Shown one piece after another: positions 26,301 to 35,029 of a DNA stretch of 52,539 nt. A program made the position numbers and the translations under genes. The DNA is taken from positions 1 to 52,539 of IMG/VR virus record IMGVR_UViG_3300010048_000015; one strand, 5' to 3'. The notes under the pieces are model-generated. The model had not been told where the DNA came from and ran no database searches. It saw only the letters and a list, made by a program, of their open reading frames with translations. Origin of the DNA: a virus. Taxonomy: Duplodnaviria > Caudoviricetes. Each line of letters starts with the position of its first letter. Position 1 is the first letter of the stretch.

Positions 26301-27763
26301 CAATCAACCTATGGGACTCTAACGCTGCAGCAGGCGATCCATCGCGTGGCTTGATGCAGGTTATTGGCTCGACCTTCGCTGCGTATCACGTTCCAGGCAC
26401 GTCGTTGAACATTCTCGATCCGCTAGCTAACATTGCAGCAGCTTTGAACTACGCAATGCATAGGTACGGTCCGACATTGATGAGCGGAGGAATGGGTATA
26501 GGCTCTGGCCACGGCTACGCCGGTGGCACTTCGGGCGCTCGACGAGGTTGGGCTTGGGTTGGAGAGTATGGTCCTGAGCTTGTCAACTTCCTAGGCGGAG
26601 AGGTTGTCGTACCGCACGGCGGCTACGCTACTGGTGCAGGTGTAAGGTCGGCTGAGATTGCCAAGTACCTGGCTGAGATTGTCAACTACGAGAGGCTGGC
26701 AGCTAAGGCGAAGACAGCAGCTCAGCGCAACCTATACTATGCAGATATCAACCTGCTGCGTGCTCGTATTGCGAAGCTAGAAGCTGGTACACCTCCAAAG
26801 CCTCCTAAGCCAACTAAGATTCCACGGGCTGAGATTAATGTCGGACTGTCACTGTTTGCTTCCTACGTACAGTCTGGTCCGCTCTCGCTGTCCAAGATGC
26901 AATCGTTGCAGACGCAGTATCTGAAGGACATTGCTAAGTACTATACGGGTGGAGCGCTGCGTGCACGCGAGGCGTTGGTCGAGCGGCAGACGACAGCTAT
27001 GGAGAACGCCGACAAGAAGCTGGCTGCGTTGCAGGCTACAGCTAAGGCAGCGTCGGCGTATGCGGCTTCGGTAACAAGCAACCTGTCAGGCTACGCTGCA
27101 CTGTCGAACTTCATACCAACTGCTGGTACTCCTGTTGCAGGACAGTCGGCAACGATCTACGCAGGTGTACAATCCAAGCTGGCACAGCTCAAGAGGTTCG
27201 CAGCCGTTCTGGGTCAGCTCAAGAAGGCAGGCGTGAGCGCTGCTATAATCCAGCAGATCGTAGCTATGGGTCCGGACGACGGTTACAACTTTGCACAGGC
27301 GCTGCTACAAGGTCCGCTTGTGTATCGACAGGAATTGAATACCGCCGTTGCTCAGATCGGAGCTGTAACTGCTGCTACGGGTCGGGCTGCTGCAGCTGCC
27401 GTGTACGGACAGGCAGCTGTTGATGGCTTTAAGAGCCAAGAGGCAGCACTCACCAAGATCATGAAGAACCTAGGTGCAACTTTGGGCAAGGAAGCGGCTA
27501 AGTGGTTCCAAGTGCCTAAGGGCAAGCTCCCGAAGGGCTATCAGTCAGGGACTAGCTACGCGGCTTCAGGTTGGGCTATGGTCGGTGAGCGCGGGCCTGA
27601 GATGATATATTTCCGAGGTGGCGAGAGGGTCATGCCTCACGGTGCAGGAGGCGTTACCTACCAGAACATTACGGTCAATACACAGGAGATCAATCCGCGT
27701 CTGCACGCAGCGCAGCTGGGCTGGGAGCTTGCTAGGAGGTCGAGCTTATGCCTCCGCCGATGA
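23312..27763 (+). CDS. tape measure protein with lytic transglycosylase domain
   Basis: 1483 aa; Trp-periodic repeats; ESGGNP.AINLWDSN...SRGLMQ...NIAAA..Y. Confidence 0.95.
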   Translation: MPLGVREILLVIRAQNVSSGVLRGLVGDFTNLDNAAKKAAQRQIQTGSALMAVGTAVGAVGAAGLLFLGKATSAAVDYGRQVALTKTQTYGLKVSLDQLSQAGLDVARNIAVPLDQIQAGLYDIFSSMDVNLTQAKFLLTNFSKEAVAGQVDLSTAERATIGIMNAYRMKVTDVTKVQDIMFNLVKFGVGTYADFANSIGRVTGPAVRANQSFSQTAALMAFITRNGLSAANASASIGRALDAVGKSRAKIQDIGKTVQEALGPAVAAKLGFTAKSMIQVTDSSGKLLPVNEIMTKLGTSLKNLNPTQLNDVLTAMFKGTGGSIQAMRFFDIAVKNYGQLNQMVKNMANSKGALKAAYDTMAQTPAMKIQLLSNQFKAFMIVLGQQLLPILGKVAGALSKFFGWLGSLPKSTIKIIAIVLGVISVLALLAGAVMTVVGVWLVFSAVLAATEIALAPILLTVGLVIAAVAALAIAAYLIYKHWGPISTWFHNMWFAMWKWIDHVWQLVWKTINGVWIKIKNLFNTIMKWISTNFDKWWLTHGLALQAVWSNTWSAITNIFTAAWSLITGYMKTALAAIEAMIKIIWGQIQLIFKSGWDVIVGIFRVAWAIIAAGFKVWWAVITAVTKVAWASIQAIMKIAWDTIVAMFSIFLDVMTGHWHTALVDIQNLGKQIWNAIKNFVIAVWNAMRSAAVPIWNALTSGFFNAWHAIYTSTQQVWNNIKGFLGTVWNAIKSGASSFVSGLGQIWNGLENVFKIPVNFLIGTVYDNGIRALWNTVMGAIGLGHLNLPAVKTLAGGGRLKGYGGGDRIPALLEAGETVIDKHRTRQYASIFRAMGVPGFQGGGVAFMKTGISSNPTRGPTIPGGGVLHNIGHAITSVGSDIFHLGGAAGKMALAAMTGNQTAFVNALISAFPGAKGVAGNLAAMIATLPIAMAKDAVKSVWNKISGAGSNVKYKAGAGVQQWKPDVLKALAMLGLPLSLANNVLYQMQTESGGNPGAINLWDSNAAAGDPSRGLMQVIGSTFAAYHVPGTSLNILDPLANIAAALNYAMHRYGPTLMSGGMGIGSGHGYAGGTSGARRGWAWVGEYGPELVNFLGGEVVVPHGGYATGAGVRSAEIAKYLAEIVNYERLAAKAKTAAQRNLYYADINLLRARIAKLEAGTPPKPPKPTKIPRAEINVGLSLFASYVQSGPLSLSKMQSLQTQYLKDIAKYYTGGALRAREALVERQTTAMENADKKLAALQATAKAASAYAASVTSNLSGYAALSNFIPTAGTPVAGQSATIYAGVQSKLAQLKRFAAVLGQLKKAGVSAAIIQQIVAMGPDDGYNFAQALLQGPLVYRQELNTAVAQIGAVTAATGRAAAAAVYGQAAVDGFKSQEAALTKIMKNLGATLGKEAAKWFQVPKGKLPKGYQSGTSYAASGWAMVGERGPEMIYFRGGERVMPHGAGGVTYQNITVNTQEINPRLHAAQLGWELARRSSLCLRR

Positions 27764-28608
27764 GTACCTACGCGTTCGCATTTGGAGATACAGGTACGGT
27801 TTTGAATCCTGATGGTCAAGCCCTTCCGTTCGTTGACATTACGCAAGTGGCAGGCCTCGATACTGCGCCAATCAGGTCGACGGTTAACGAGCGTCAAGGG
27901 CAAGACGGCACATACATTCATACGAAGTATCAGTCCTCACGTGCAATCATTATGCAAGGTATGGTATATACTGACCCTTCCGATCCCGATACGTTGCTCA
28001 ACACGCTACGGCAAGAGTACTCCCTTGATACTATTAGGCCGTTCTATTTCCAGCTACCAGGCCAGACGCTAAAGTTCATCAACGGTCAGGGTGGAGGCGT
28101 AGTCTACGACGTCGATCAAAGTCGTCGAGTAGGTTATACTCCTATTCAGCTTACGATACTGGCAGGAGATCCTTACATCTACGATTATCCACCCTCAATA
28201 AGTCAGGTGCAGTCAGCTACAATTGCAGCAGTTGGCACAGGCTTCAATATGGCCTTCAACGTCGGCTTCGGAGGCGCGATCGCGCTCAACGGTGCTACTG
28301 TTACCAACGCAGGCACTCACGTCGCGTATCCACAGATCACGATTGCAGGACCGATTACTAATCCTGTGCTGACTGACAGCTACAACGGTTGGACGATGGC
28401 GTTTGCTATAACGCTTGCTGCAGGAGACATTATGGTGGTCGATTGCAAGCTGAAGTCAGTTATTTTGAACGGTACTGTAAGTCGGAGAAATACGTTGGCA
28501 GGCTTGCGTTGGTTCTCGATCCCTGCTGGCGTATCCGATACTATCTTCTTCACCGCAGATTCGGGAACAGGATCGGCTACGGTCCAGCTCTACAATACCT
28601 ACTACTGA
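27748..28608 (+). CDS. distal tail protein (Dit)
   Basis: After tape measure; AGDPYIY, VTNAG...YPQITIAGP..NP. Confidence 0.85.
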   Translation: MPPPMSTYAFAFGDTGTVLNPDGQALPFVDITQVAGLDTAPIRSTVNERQGQDGTYIHTKYQSSRAIIMQGMVYTDPSDPDTLLNTLRQEYSLDTIRPFYFQLPGQTLKFINGQGGGVVYDVDQSRRVGYTPIQLTILAGDPYIYDYPPSISQVQSATIAAVGTGFNMAFNVGFGGAIALNGATVTNAGTHVAYPQITIAGPITNPVLTDSYNGWTMAFAITLAAGDIMVVDCKLKSVILNGTVSRRNTLAGLRWFSIPAGVSDTIFFTADSGTGSATVQLYNTYY

Positions 28609-28617
28609 GGCAGTAAC

Positions 28618-29631
28618 ATGGCAGCAGTTAACCCTCCTTGGGCGTGCCAGGGGCGCGCTGATCATCCGGCGCAGCTGTTTCGAGTAGCACTGGCAGGTGT
28701 AGGTGGTGCTCCGTACGCTGCTGGTGGTACTAGTCCTGCTGGCGGCGTTGACCCTTATATGGGTCAGGCAATGGCTATTACTGGCCTCGCTTCGATGAAC
28801 GTGCAGATCGGTACGGGCCTAGTGTTTATGCCTGGTACGACTGCCTGGAACGGCGTGTATGCTGGTTATAACACGGCGACTTTCAACGTAGCTATAGCGG
28901 CTGCGTCTTCTACTCAGTACAGATCAGACTACATCGTTGCGCAGATGACTGATCCTGGAGATGCAACGGCGAACTGGAACGTCGTTGCTGTTACAGGCAC
29001 GTTCTCTTCATCTTCGCCAGGTGCCTTGCCTGCTCTTCCTGCGAACTCGGTTCCGTTGGCAATCATTCGTGTTACACCGAACATGACCGTTACCAATGCT
29101 GGCGGCACTGTAGTTGATGCTCGTGTGTTCCGAGACCTGAATGGTGTTTGGCCTACGAGCTCAAGTGCCAGGCCGTCGCTATCCTGCCCGAACGGTACGA
29201 TGTGGTACGAGGCTGACACGCACTCGCTCGGAGTCATTCTCAACGGTGCCTATCAGTACCTAGTAGATACGACGCGCTCGACTTCCAACGATACCTGGCA
29301 TGCCTTCAATCCGCTGTCGAACTCGTGGGCGGTCGGCTCCGGAGGTTGGGCGCAGTACAGGTGGGCTGATGACGGTCGGTCGATCAAGATCAGTGCTGCC
29401 AAGCTTACGCCAGGTACTCTGGCAGGTGGTACTGTCGTATCGACTAACTTCCCCTCAGGTTACAGGCCTATCTCTACTCATGAGTTTCCCGTCTCCGCCG
29501 ATGGCGTAGGATCTGGCCAGGGCGTACCTCGTATGACGCTCGATGCGACGGGCAGTCTGAAGTGCTGGGGGTTCGTTGGTAACGCAGCTAGCGAGGTGTC
29601 TTGGGAAGTCGATGTTCCTTTGGACTTGTAA
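28618..29631 (+). CDS. minor tail protein
   Basis: PALPANSVPLAII..., C-terminal FPSGYRP head. Confidence 0.8.
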   Translation: MAAVNPPWACQGRADHPAQLFRVALAGVGGAPYAAGGTSPAGGVDPYMGQAMAITGLASMNVQIGTGLVFMPGTTAWNGVYAGYNTATFNVAIAAASSTQYRSDYIVAQMTDPGDATANWNVVAVTGTFSSSSPGALPALPANSVPLAIIRVTPNMTVTNAGGTVVDARVFRDLNGVWPTSSSARPSLSCPNGTMWYEADTHSLGVILNGAYQYLVDTTRSTSNDTWHAFNPLSNSWAVGSGGWAQYRWADDGRSIKISAAKLTPGTLAGGTVVSTNFPSGYRPISTHEFPVSADGVGSGQGVPRMTLDATGSLKCWGFVGNAASEVSWEVDVPLDL

Positions 29632-30747
29632 ATGGTAGCTCAGTACACGTACTTGACAACCGACTTGGTAACTAACGCCATCCTCGGCGAGCTGCCTGTT
29701 GGTTCTGTGTCTATGGACTGTCAGCTGAACAGAGCTGGAAATATGTCGTGCGGTGCGAATTTGGACGATCCTAGAGTCCCCAACGACGATATGCTAGCGA
29801 GGACTGCACCTGGTAGGACCGCGTTCTGGGCCTACCGCGAGAATACTATCGTCTGGGGCGGGATCATTCTGTCTCGGGAGTATCAGTCGAATGGTCTGGC
29901 GTTGTCACTGACAGGTCAGACGTTCGAGTGCTATGCTGCGAAGCGTTTTCCTCGTTACGTTTTGGGCAAGACGACTCAGGTGATGAGTCAGGGTCAGTGT
30001 GCGCAAATTGACTACCTCTGGAGACAGCTGCAAAGTGTCAGAGGTGGCAATATCGGAGTAATGCCTGCTAACCTTCCTGCAGCTGATGCGACTGTTCAAC
30101 TTACTATTAACGGTTACGATCTCTCTACGTCGTATGACGATTTGATTCAGAGCATTGTAACTCAGAGTGGTGGTCCTGACTATACGATCGGCTGGTTCGA
30201 AGACGGCTATGGCAATCCTCAGAAGCAGCTGGTCGTACAGAAACCTATTGGCAATCCTATTGGTATAACGGACTTGGCCGTCGACTACCCTGGTTCTGTA
30301 GTCGATTACGTCTACACGGAGAATGCTGCTGCAGGTAGCAATCAATGGTGGGCCGTAGGCGACGGAGATGGAGCAGCTGCCATTGTAGGCTCGGCGGGTG
30401 ACGCTAATGCGCTTGCTTCAGGCTACCCGATTTGGGAAGGTGTGAATAGCTACAACGGTGTGACTGTTCAGTCTACGATCGATGCACACGCAGCTTCGGA
30501 TCTGAAGGCGCTTCCTTCACCTCTCGTTACTCATCACGTCGATCTGGAAGGCGATGCCTTTCCTCAGTTCGGATCGTACGGTATGGGCGACTACGTTGTC
30601 GTGAACATAGTCGATTCACGTTGGCCAAGCGGCTCGTCGTTCGCTGTGCGTGCTATCGGCTGGACAATAACACCTCCTGATACGGGTCAAGGTACTGAGC
30701 AGATAGCACTTGTGTTCGACGAGGCAACAGGAACTGGTGGCAGCTGA
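29632..30747 (+). CDS. minor tail / baseplate hub protein
   Basis: TDLVT..ILGELP, IVWGGII, YGMGDYV. Confidence 0.8.
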   Translation: MVAQYTYLTTDLVTNAILGELPVGSVSMDCQLNRAGNMSCGANLDDPRVPNDDMLARTAPGRTAFWAYRENTIVWGGIILSREYQSNGLALSLTGQTFECYAAKRFPRYVLGKTTQVMSQGQCAQIDYLWRQLQSVRGGNIGVMPANLPAADATVQLTINGYDLSTSYDDLIQSIVTQSGGPDYTIGWFEDGYGNPQKQLVVQKPIGNPIGITDLAVDYPGSVVDYVYTENAAAGSNQWWAVGDGDGAAAIVGSAGDANALASGYPIWEGVNSYNGVTVQSTIDAHAASDLKALPSPLVTHHVDLEGDAFPQFGSYGMGDYVVVNIVDSRWPSGSSFAVRAIGWTITPPDTGQGTEQIALVFDEATGTGGS

Positions 30748-31697
30748 TGCCTAGATACCAGCAAGCAAACACCTTCGACCTTGTACGGTCTGTGAAGAAC
30801 CTGCAGTCGTCCGTTAGCAAGCTACAGGTGCTACAGCCTGGTCTCGTTCGCAAGAGTCTGAATCAGGTTCAGGCCTCGCTGAGTACGAACGGGTACTTCT
30901 GGGGAGGCGACGTCACTGGCTGGGCAGCTACTAATGGTACATTCGTAGTCGCTAGCGATGCACCGAGTCCTCCGTACCCTTACACCGGTTTGTACGTGAA
31001 CAACGGATCCGCTGCAGGCTATCTGGGACTGTCGCTGACACCTTTTCTGGCGACACCTTTGCAGCAGTACCAAGCAATAGCTTACGTCAATTCGACAGCA
31101 TCAGTGGTTCAGATCGGATTCAATTGGCTAGACGCTTCAAACAGCCCCTTGGTAGGTCCTACTAACACTAGTGTCACAGTCACACCTAACACTTGGACGC
31201 AGATCTCTACTGCGCTTACAGCTCCTACTGGTACGGCTTCTGCTTACCCTGTTGTCGGTTCGCCTACGGCTGACTCTGCTGCGACGTATGTGACGGGAAT
31301 CATTACGCAAACGTCGTCTCCTGGTCCTGGCGTTTGGCAAGATATGCGACCACTGTCGAACGCGTTTGTCGGAACCAATGCAGGCGAGTACCCGCCACAG
31401 TACAGGCTGACTGGAGACGGAGGTGTTGAGATTGCAGGCTACATCAAGACACCTCCTACTACTGGCAACTACAACAGCGTAGTCTTCGCGACTTTGCCTG
31501 CAGCCTACAGACCAGGATCCAACGCGGGACATAGGTGGCTTGTGTCGGGACCAGCAGACGGCTCTGCTACTCCTACGTGCACTATAAATGTCAGTGGTCA
31601 ACTAGTTCTCAACTTCCTACCTACGTCGTTGGCGCAGACGCTCGTATGCATTGCGGGCAGATATCCACTCGATTCGTCAGGACTGATATTGGCATAA
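30747..31697 (+). CDS. minor tail / receptor-binding protein
   Basis: Coiled N-terminus, CBM-like middle, FATLPAAYRP head. Confidence 0.75.
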   Translation: MPRYQQANTFDLVRSVKNLQSSVSKLQVLQPGLVRKSLNQVQASLSTNGYFWGGDVTGWAATNGTFVVASDAPSPPYPYTGLYVNNGSAAGYLGLSLTPFLATPLQQYQAIAYVNSTASVVQIGFNWLDASNSPLVGPTNTSVTVTPNTWTQISTALTAPTGTASAYPVVGSPTADSAATYVTGIITQTSSPGPGVWQDMRPLSNAFVGTNAGEYPPQYRLTGDGGVEIAGYIKTPPTTGNYNSVVFATLPAAYRPGSNAGHRWLVSGPADGSATPTCTINVSGQLVLNFLPTSLAQTLVCIAGRYPLDSSGLILA

Positions 31698-31707
31698 CAG
31701 AGGAGCT

Positions 31708-32157
31708 ATGGAGGCGGCGGGGCCCCTGGTCGAAGCGTTGCACTGGGCCATGCTCGACTTCTGGGCGGTCATTGCAGCAATCATAGCAGCTCTGTTTAAT
31801 ACCGCAATGGCCATAATCAATCAAAGAAGAGTCCGAGAGATGGGAGAGACGCTAGAAGAGCTAGTACGAAGCATTCGTAGCAAGATGAAGAACGGAGGTG
31901 GCTCAATGAGTAGCGACAAGCCTGTACGAGATGCTGTGCGCAGAAGGCTTGTCCGATTTGGTGAGGAGTTCACCAGTCAGGAGGTAGATGACGGAGAGGT
32001 AGAGCTAGAAGAGGTATCGCCAGATTCTGACCCGCCGCCGGAGGATCAGCAAGCAGAGCCCTGGGGCTACGGCGAGGCTGAGAGGAAGAGGGTGCCTCGT
32101 CCGATCCGTGACGCACTGAGGAAGTACAGGGAGGAGCATCCGCGTGGAAATTCGTGA
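31708..32157 (+). CDS. putative holin-like membrane protein (internal start at 31906)
   Basis: One TM segment FWAVIAAIIAALFNTAMAII; immediately before endolysin. Confidence 0.55.
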   Translation: MEAAGPLVEALHWAMLDFWAVIAAIIAALFNTAMAIINQRRVREMGETLEELVRSIRSKMKNGGGSMSSDKPVRDAVRRRLVRFGEEFTSQEVDDGEVELEEVSPDSDPPPEDQQAEPWGYGEAERKRVPRPIRDALRKYREEHPRGNS

Positions 32158-32947
32158 AAAGTGGATGCCCTCGCCGCACTACTCGACTAGTCGCGGACCG
32201 TACAACAAGGCCGTATTCCATACGACCGAGGGCGCAATGACAATCGAGGCTCTGGGCAACTGGTTCGCCAACCCGTCGGCAGGCTGTTCTAGTCACCACG
32301 GTGCCGATCAGTACTCGCGCGGCCTGTTCGGTGCCTACGTGTACGAGAACTACAAGGCTTGGACTCAGGGCAACGCGAATCCGTACTGCCTGTCCATCGA
32401 GCTGTGCGCCTACGCTGCATGGTCACGCAGTACCTGGCTCAGCAAGCCGATTCTCGTCGACAACGCTGCCGAGTGGCTCCGGTACATAGTCGACAAGTAC
32501 AAGATCCCCTGGACCGTTCTTAGCAACTCGCAAGCCCAAGATCCGAACGCACGAGGGATCTGTCAGCACGTCAACTTCGGATCTTGGGGTTCAGGTCATC
32601 ACGACTGCGGCTCAGGCTTCCCCATGGACGTCGTCATCGACAAGGCACGCGGTGGCGTTAGTACCGCGCCAGAGGAAGGAGATGACCTTATGTCATCAGC
32701 CATCGCATACGATCCGCGCGATGGTAGGCAGATCATAGCCTACATCGACCAGGTCGGTCGCGTCTGCTGCAACGGTGGGACAGTAGACCCCAACTCGAAG
32801 GCCAAGAGCGGAGTCGGTCTCGCCATCAACGAAGGTGGGAAGAAGACCATCACGTACACCAACACCGGTGGTATTATCTGCATCTACGAGCAGCAGCCGG
32901 GCTCGAACACATGGCAATGGGCTAGCAAGAACTGGCCTGCCAAGTAA
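32144..32947 (+). CDS. endolysin, N-acetylmuramoyl-L-alanine amidase
   Basis: HTTEG, SSH, AWTQG..N...SIELC, HHDCG..FP. Confidence 0.9.
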   Translation: MEIREKWMPSPHYSTSRGPYNKAVFHTTEGAMTIEALGNWFANPSAGCSSHHGADQYSRGLFGAYVYENYKAWTQGNANPYCLSIELCAYAAWSRSTWLSKPILVDNAAEWLRYIVDKYKIPWTVLSNSQAQDPNARGICQHVNFGSWGSGHHDCGSGFPMDVVIDKARGGVSTAPEEGDDLMSSAIAYDPRDGRQIIAYIDQVGRVCCNGGTVDPNSKAKSGVGLAINEGGKKTITYTNTGGIICIYEQQPGSNTWQWASKNWPAK

Positions 32948-32958
32948 GGAGGAGAAAG

Positions 32959-33129
32959 GTGTCTTACGTTCCGGTACTGGCATGGGTACCTGACACGACC
33001 GAGGGCCCTACGACCGACGCAGTTCACCTTCGCCCGTGCGAGGTCTGTGAGGCCTACATACCGATGGAAGCGCAGGAGGTGCATACGGCGAAGGCACATC
33101 CTCCGCCTCCGGAGATGACGCCCCACTGA
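32959..33129 (+). CDS. small C2H2-like protein, 56 aa (not in ORF track)
   Basis: AGGAGGAG RBS, GTG start; CEVC...H...H. Confidence 0.55.
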   Translation: MSYVPVLAWVPDTTEGPTTDAVHLRPCEVCEAYIPMEAQEVHTAKAHPPPPEMTPH

Positions 33130-33145
33130 CGGCTAAGCTCAAACC

Positions 33146-33206
33146 CCTAGCCGGGCCTCCGGCGCCGTCCCGCAGCTGCGTCGTATTCCCTCGAGGCCCG
33201 GCTAGG
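33146..33206. terminator. hairpin at convergence of the two arms
   Basis: 14 bp perfect stem CCTAGCCGGGCCTC, 33 nt loop. Confidence 0.7.
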
Positions 33207-33708
33207 TCTCTGCCAACTGGAGTGCTCTCAGCTTAAGCATAATGAATACGTGCAACGGCTCAAGCTCGCGTGGTGTCTCGAAGACGAGGAAGTAGACAAG
33301 GTGTCTCAGTGCATCGTTCGCGTGTCTCCACTTGACGAGCGGAGTACAGAGAAGCAACAGTATACTCAGCTTCCTATCGTTAGCCCACTCCTTCTTGTCT
33401 GAGCCGTGCCACACAACCTTGCAATTGTATAGAGACCGGTATAGTTTCACGAGACCGATGTACTCAATGGACATAAGCTTAGCGAACTCGTTGCCATAAG
33501 CTTTGAACCGCTCGCAGATGATGACGTCCGGTGCCTGTGATATGAGAAAGTTCCACAGGAGCATGTGATGCTCCGTGCTGTCGCCTAGCTGGCCTTGTTT
33601 GACGTGGTCTCGGAGGAACGCCTTTGCCTTGCTGATAGTACTGCTCATGTCGATGTCTAGCATTGCCCAACCGGTAGTGCCGCCTGGGTCGAGTGAGATG
33701 ATCTTCAT
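33202..33708 (-). CDS. RuvC-like Holliday junction resolvase
   Basis: IISLDPGGTTGWA, VIICERF, HANDALRH. Confidence 0.85.
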   Translation of the reverse strand: MKIISLDPGGTTGWAMLDIDMSSTISKAKAFLRDHVKQGQLGDSTEHHMLLWNFLISQAPDVIICERFKAYGNEFAKLMSIEYIGLVKLYRSLYNCKVVWHGSDKKEWANDRKLSILLLLCTPLVKWRHANDALRHLVYFLVFETPRELEPLHVFIMLKLRALQLAET

Positions 33709-33864
33709 GTTTCTCCTTGAACGGTCTCTCTTAGTTCTCTCGCGGTCTATCATTAAGGGCGCCAAAGCTAGATAATCACGTTAGTGCGACGCTATCACGC
33801 ATGGCTCTCATTAAGAGAACACGAGAGAACATCTGTTTCCTTTGATCTTAAGAATGCAGAATTT

Positions 33865-34203
33865 TCATTTGATTAGCGCGTCCACGCTCCAGCCTTTCGT
33901 TGCTAGTTCGAAGTTGCGCTTGGTCCAGCCAGCAGGAGTCGGAAGGTGTCCGGTAGCGAAGTCGATCGCTAGTAGGGCTTCGCGCATAGACAGCTGTTCG
34001 ATTTCCGGATAGTCCTCCAGTCTGTTGCCTCCACGTACGAAGTGGAAGGCCTTTCGGACTTCGGATATACCACTAGGTCTATCTGGTCCTACCAGACCCG
34101 ATAGGTCACTTATGATTCTGCGTAGGGATGCAGCTCTACGCTCTGTCTCCTGCGCCTGGTGGTACTTCTGCATGTACTTCTTATGCGCTTCTGTTTCTGG
34201 CAT
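33865..34203 (-). CDS. hypothetical protein
   Basis: GAAGGA RBS; in operon. Confidence 0.6.
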   Translation of the reverse strand: MPETEAHKKYMQKYHQAQETERRAASLRRIISDLSGLVGPDRPSGISEVRKAFHFVRGGNRLEDYPEIEQLSMREALLAIDFATGHLPTPAGWTKRNFELATKGWSVDALIK

Positions 34204-34546
34204 TGTTGTGTCCTTCCAGGTAGATCATTGCTGCGAATAGGATTCTGGGATTGTCTCGGAAGCCTCCGAGGCCAAGATTGCATAGGTGACATATCAGGCC
34301 TCGGAAGGCACCCGTCTCGTGATCATGGTCGTAGTGGAAGGTCTCATCCTCGCCGATGGGCTCTCTACATAGAGCACATGCGAAGCCCTGCGCTGCCAGC
34401 GTCTTCTCGTACGGATACGCTTTCTTGATCCGTTGAAGCGTCTGCTGGTGCCACTTTCTACAATCCCAGCAGTAGCCGCTAGCGTTGCCTCCAGCCGTTA
34501 CGTAGACTGGATTCCTCTTGCAGCGAGCACAGAGACCCTTAGCCAC
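34181..34546 (-). CDS. endonuclease VII family protein
   Basis: CALC...DHDHETG.FRGLICHLCNLGLG.FRDNP. Confidence 0.9.
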   Translation of the reverse strand: MAKGLCARCKRNPVYVTAGGNASGYCWDCRKWHQQTLQRIKKAYPYEKTLAAQGFACALCREPIGEDETFHYDHDHETGAFRGLICHLCNLGLGGFRDNPRILFAAMIYLEGHNNARNRSA

Positions 34547-34868
34547 CGTTGCTTGCGATCTTCTTCCTAAGCTCGTCGGCTTCCGACTGCAGCTCTTCTA
34601 TCTGCGCTTCCAAATGCGCTAGTCGGGCCTGTGGAGATTTGCGGTCTCCCCGAGTCCGGAGCTCCAAGTTGTCGATGGTAGGGTTCGCACGTTTCTCTCT
34701 GCTGGTGTCAATGAGGTGTACGAATTCGCCCTTCACGAGCTTTCGTCCTAGCTTCTCCTCCATGAGTAGGATGTGAGTAGCTACGAAGCGTCCATTGGCC
34801 TTGGTATGGTGGTAACCGTTCTGGTTGACGAAAGTCGCTCCGTCATCTGCTGCTTGTCCCCTAGGCAT
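34539..34868 (-). CDS. HNH-like protein, degenerate
   Basis: NGY...HILLMEEKLGRKL..GEFVH.ID...NLEL. Confidence 0.75.
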   Translation of the reverse strand: MPRGQAADDGATFVNQNGYHHTKANGRFVATHILLMEEKLGRKLVKGEFVHLIDTSREKRANPTIDNLELRTRGDRKSPQARLAHLEAQIEELQSEADELRKKIASNGG

Positions 34869-35029
34869 GGCTTGCACACCTCCTTACAGAAGCAGTATCC
34901 TTGGAATTTGCGACGCATCTTGTTGTTGGGTAGCATTCGTGCGTTGCGTCTAGCGCGGGCAGCGCCTTCGACGTCGCCGTTGGCTTCACGCAGTCTGGCA
35001 ATATGGAACCAGAGGAAGTACGCGTTCAT
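34781..35029 (-). CDS. hypothetical protein
   Basis: TAATG coupling to polymerase stop; CFCxxxCxxC. Confidence 0.5.
   Translation of the reverse strand: MNAYFLWFHIARLREANGDVEGAARARRNARMLPNNKMRRKFQGYCFCKEVCKPCLGDKQQMTERLSSTRTVTTIPRPMDAS

Noticed and set aside
6465-31824. Many long minus-strand ORFs in the structural arm (e.g. 6819..7634, 14681..15274)
   Set aside because: Antisense shadows of well-supported genes, lacking RBS or motifs.
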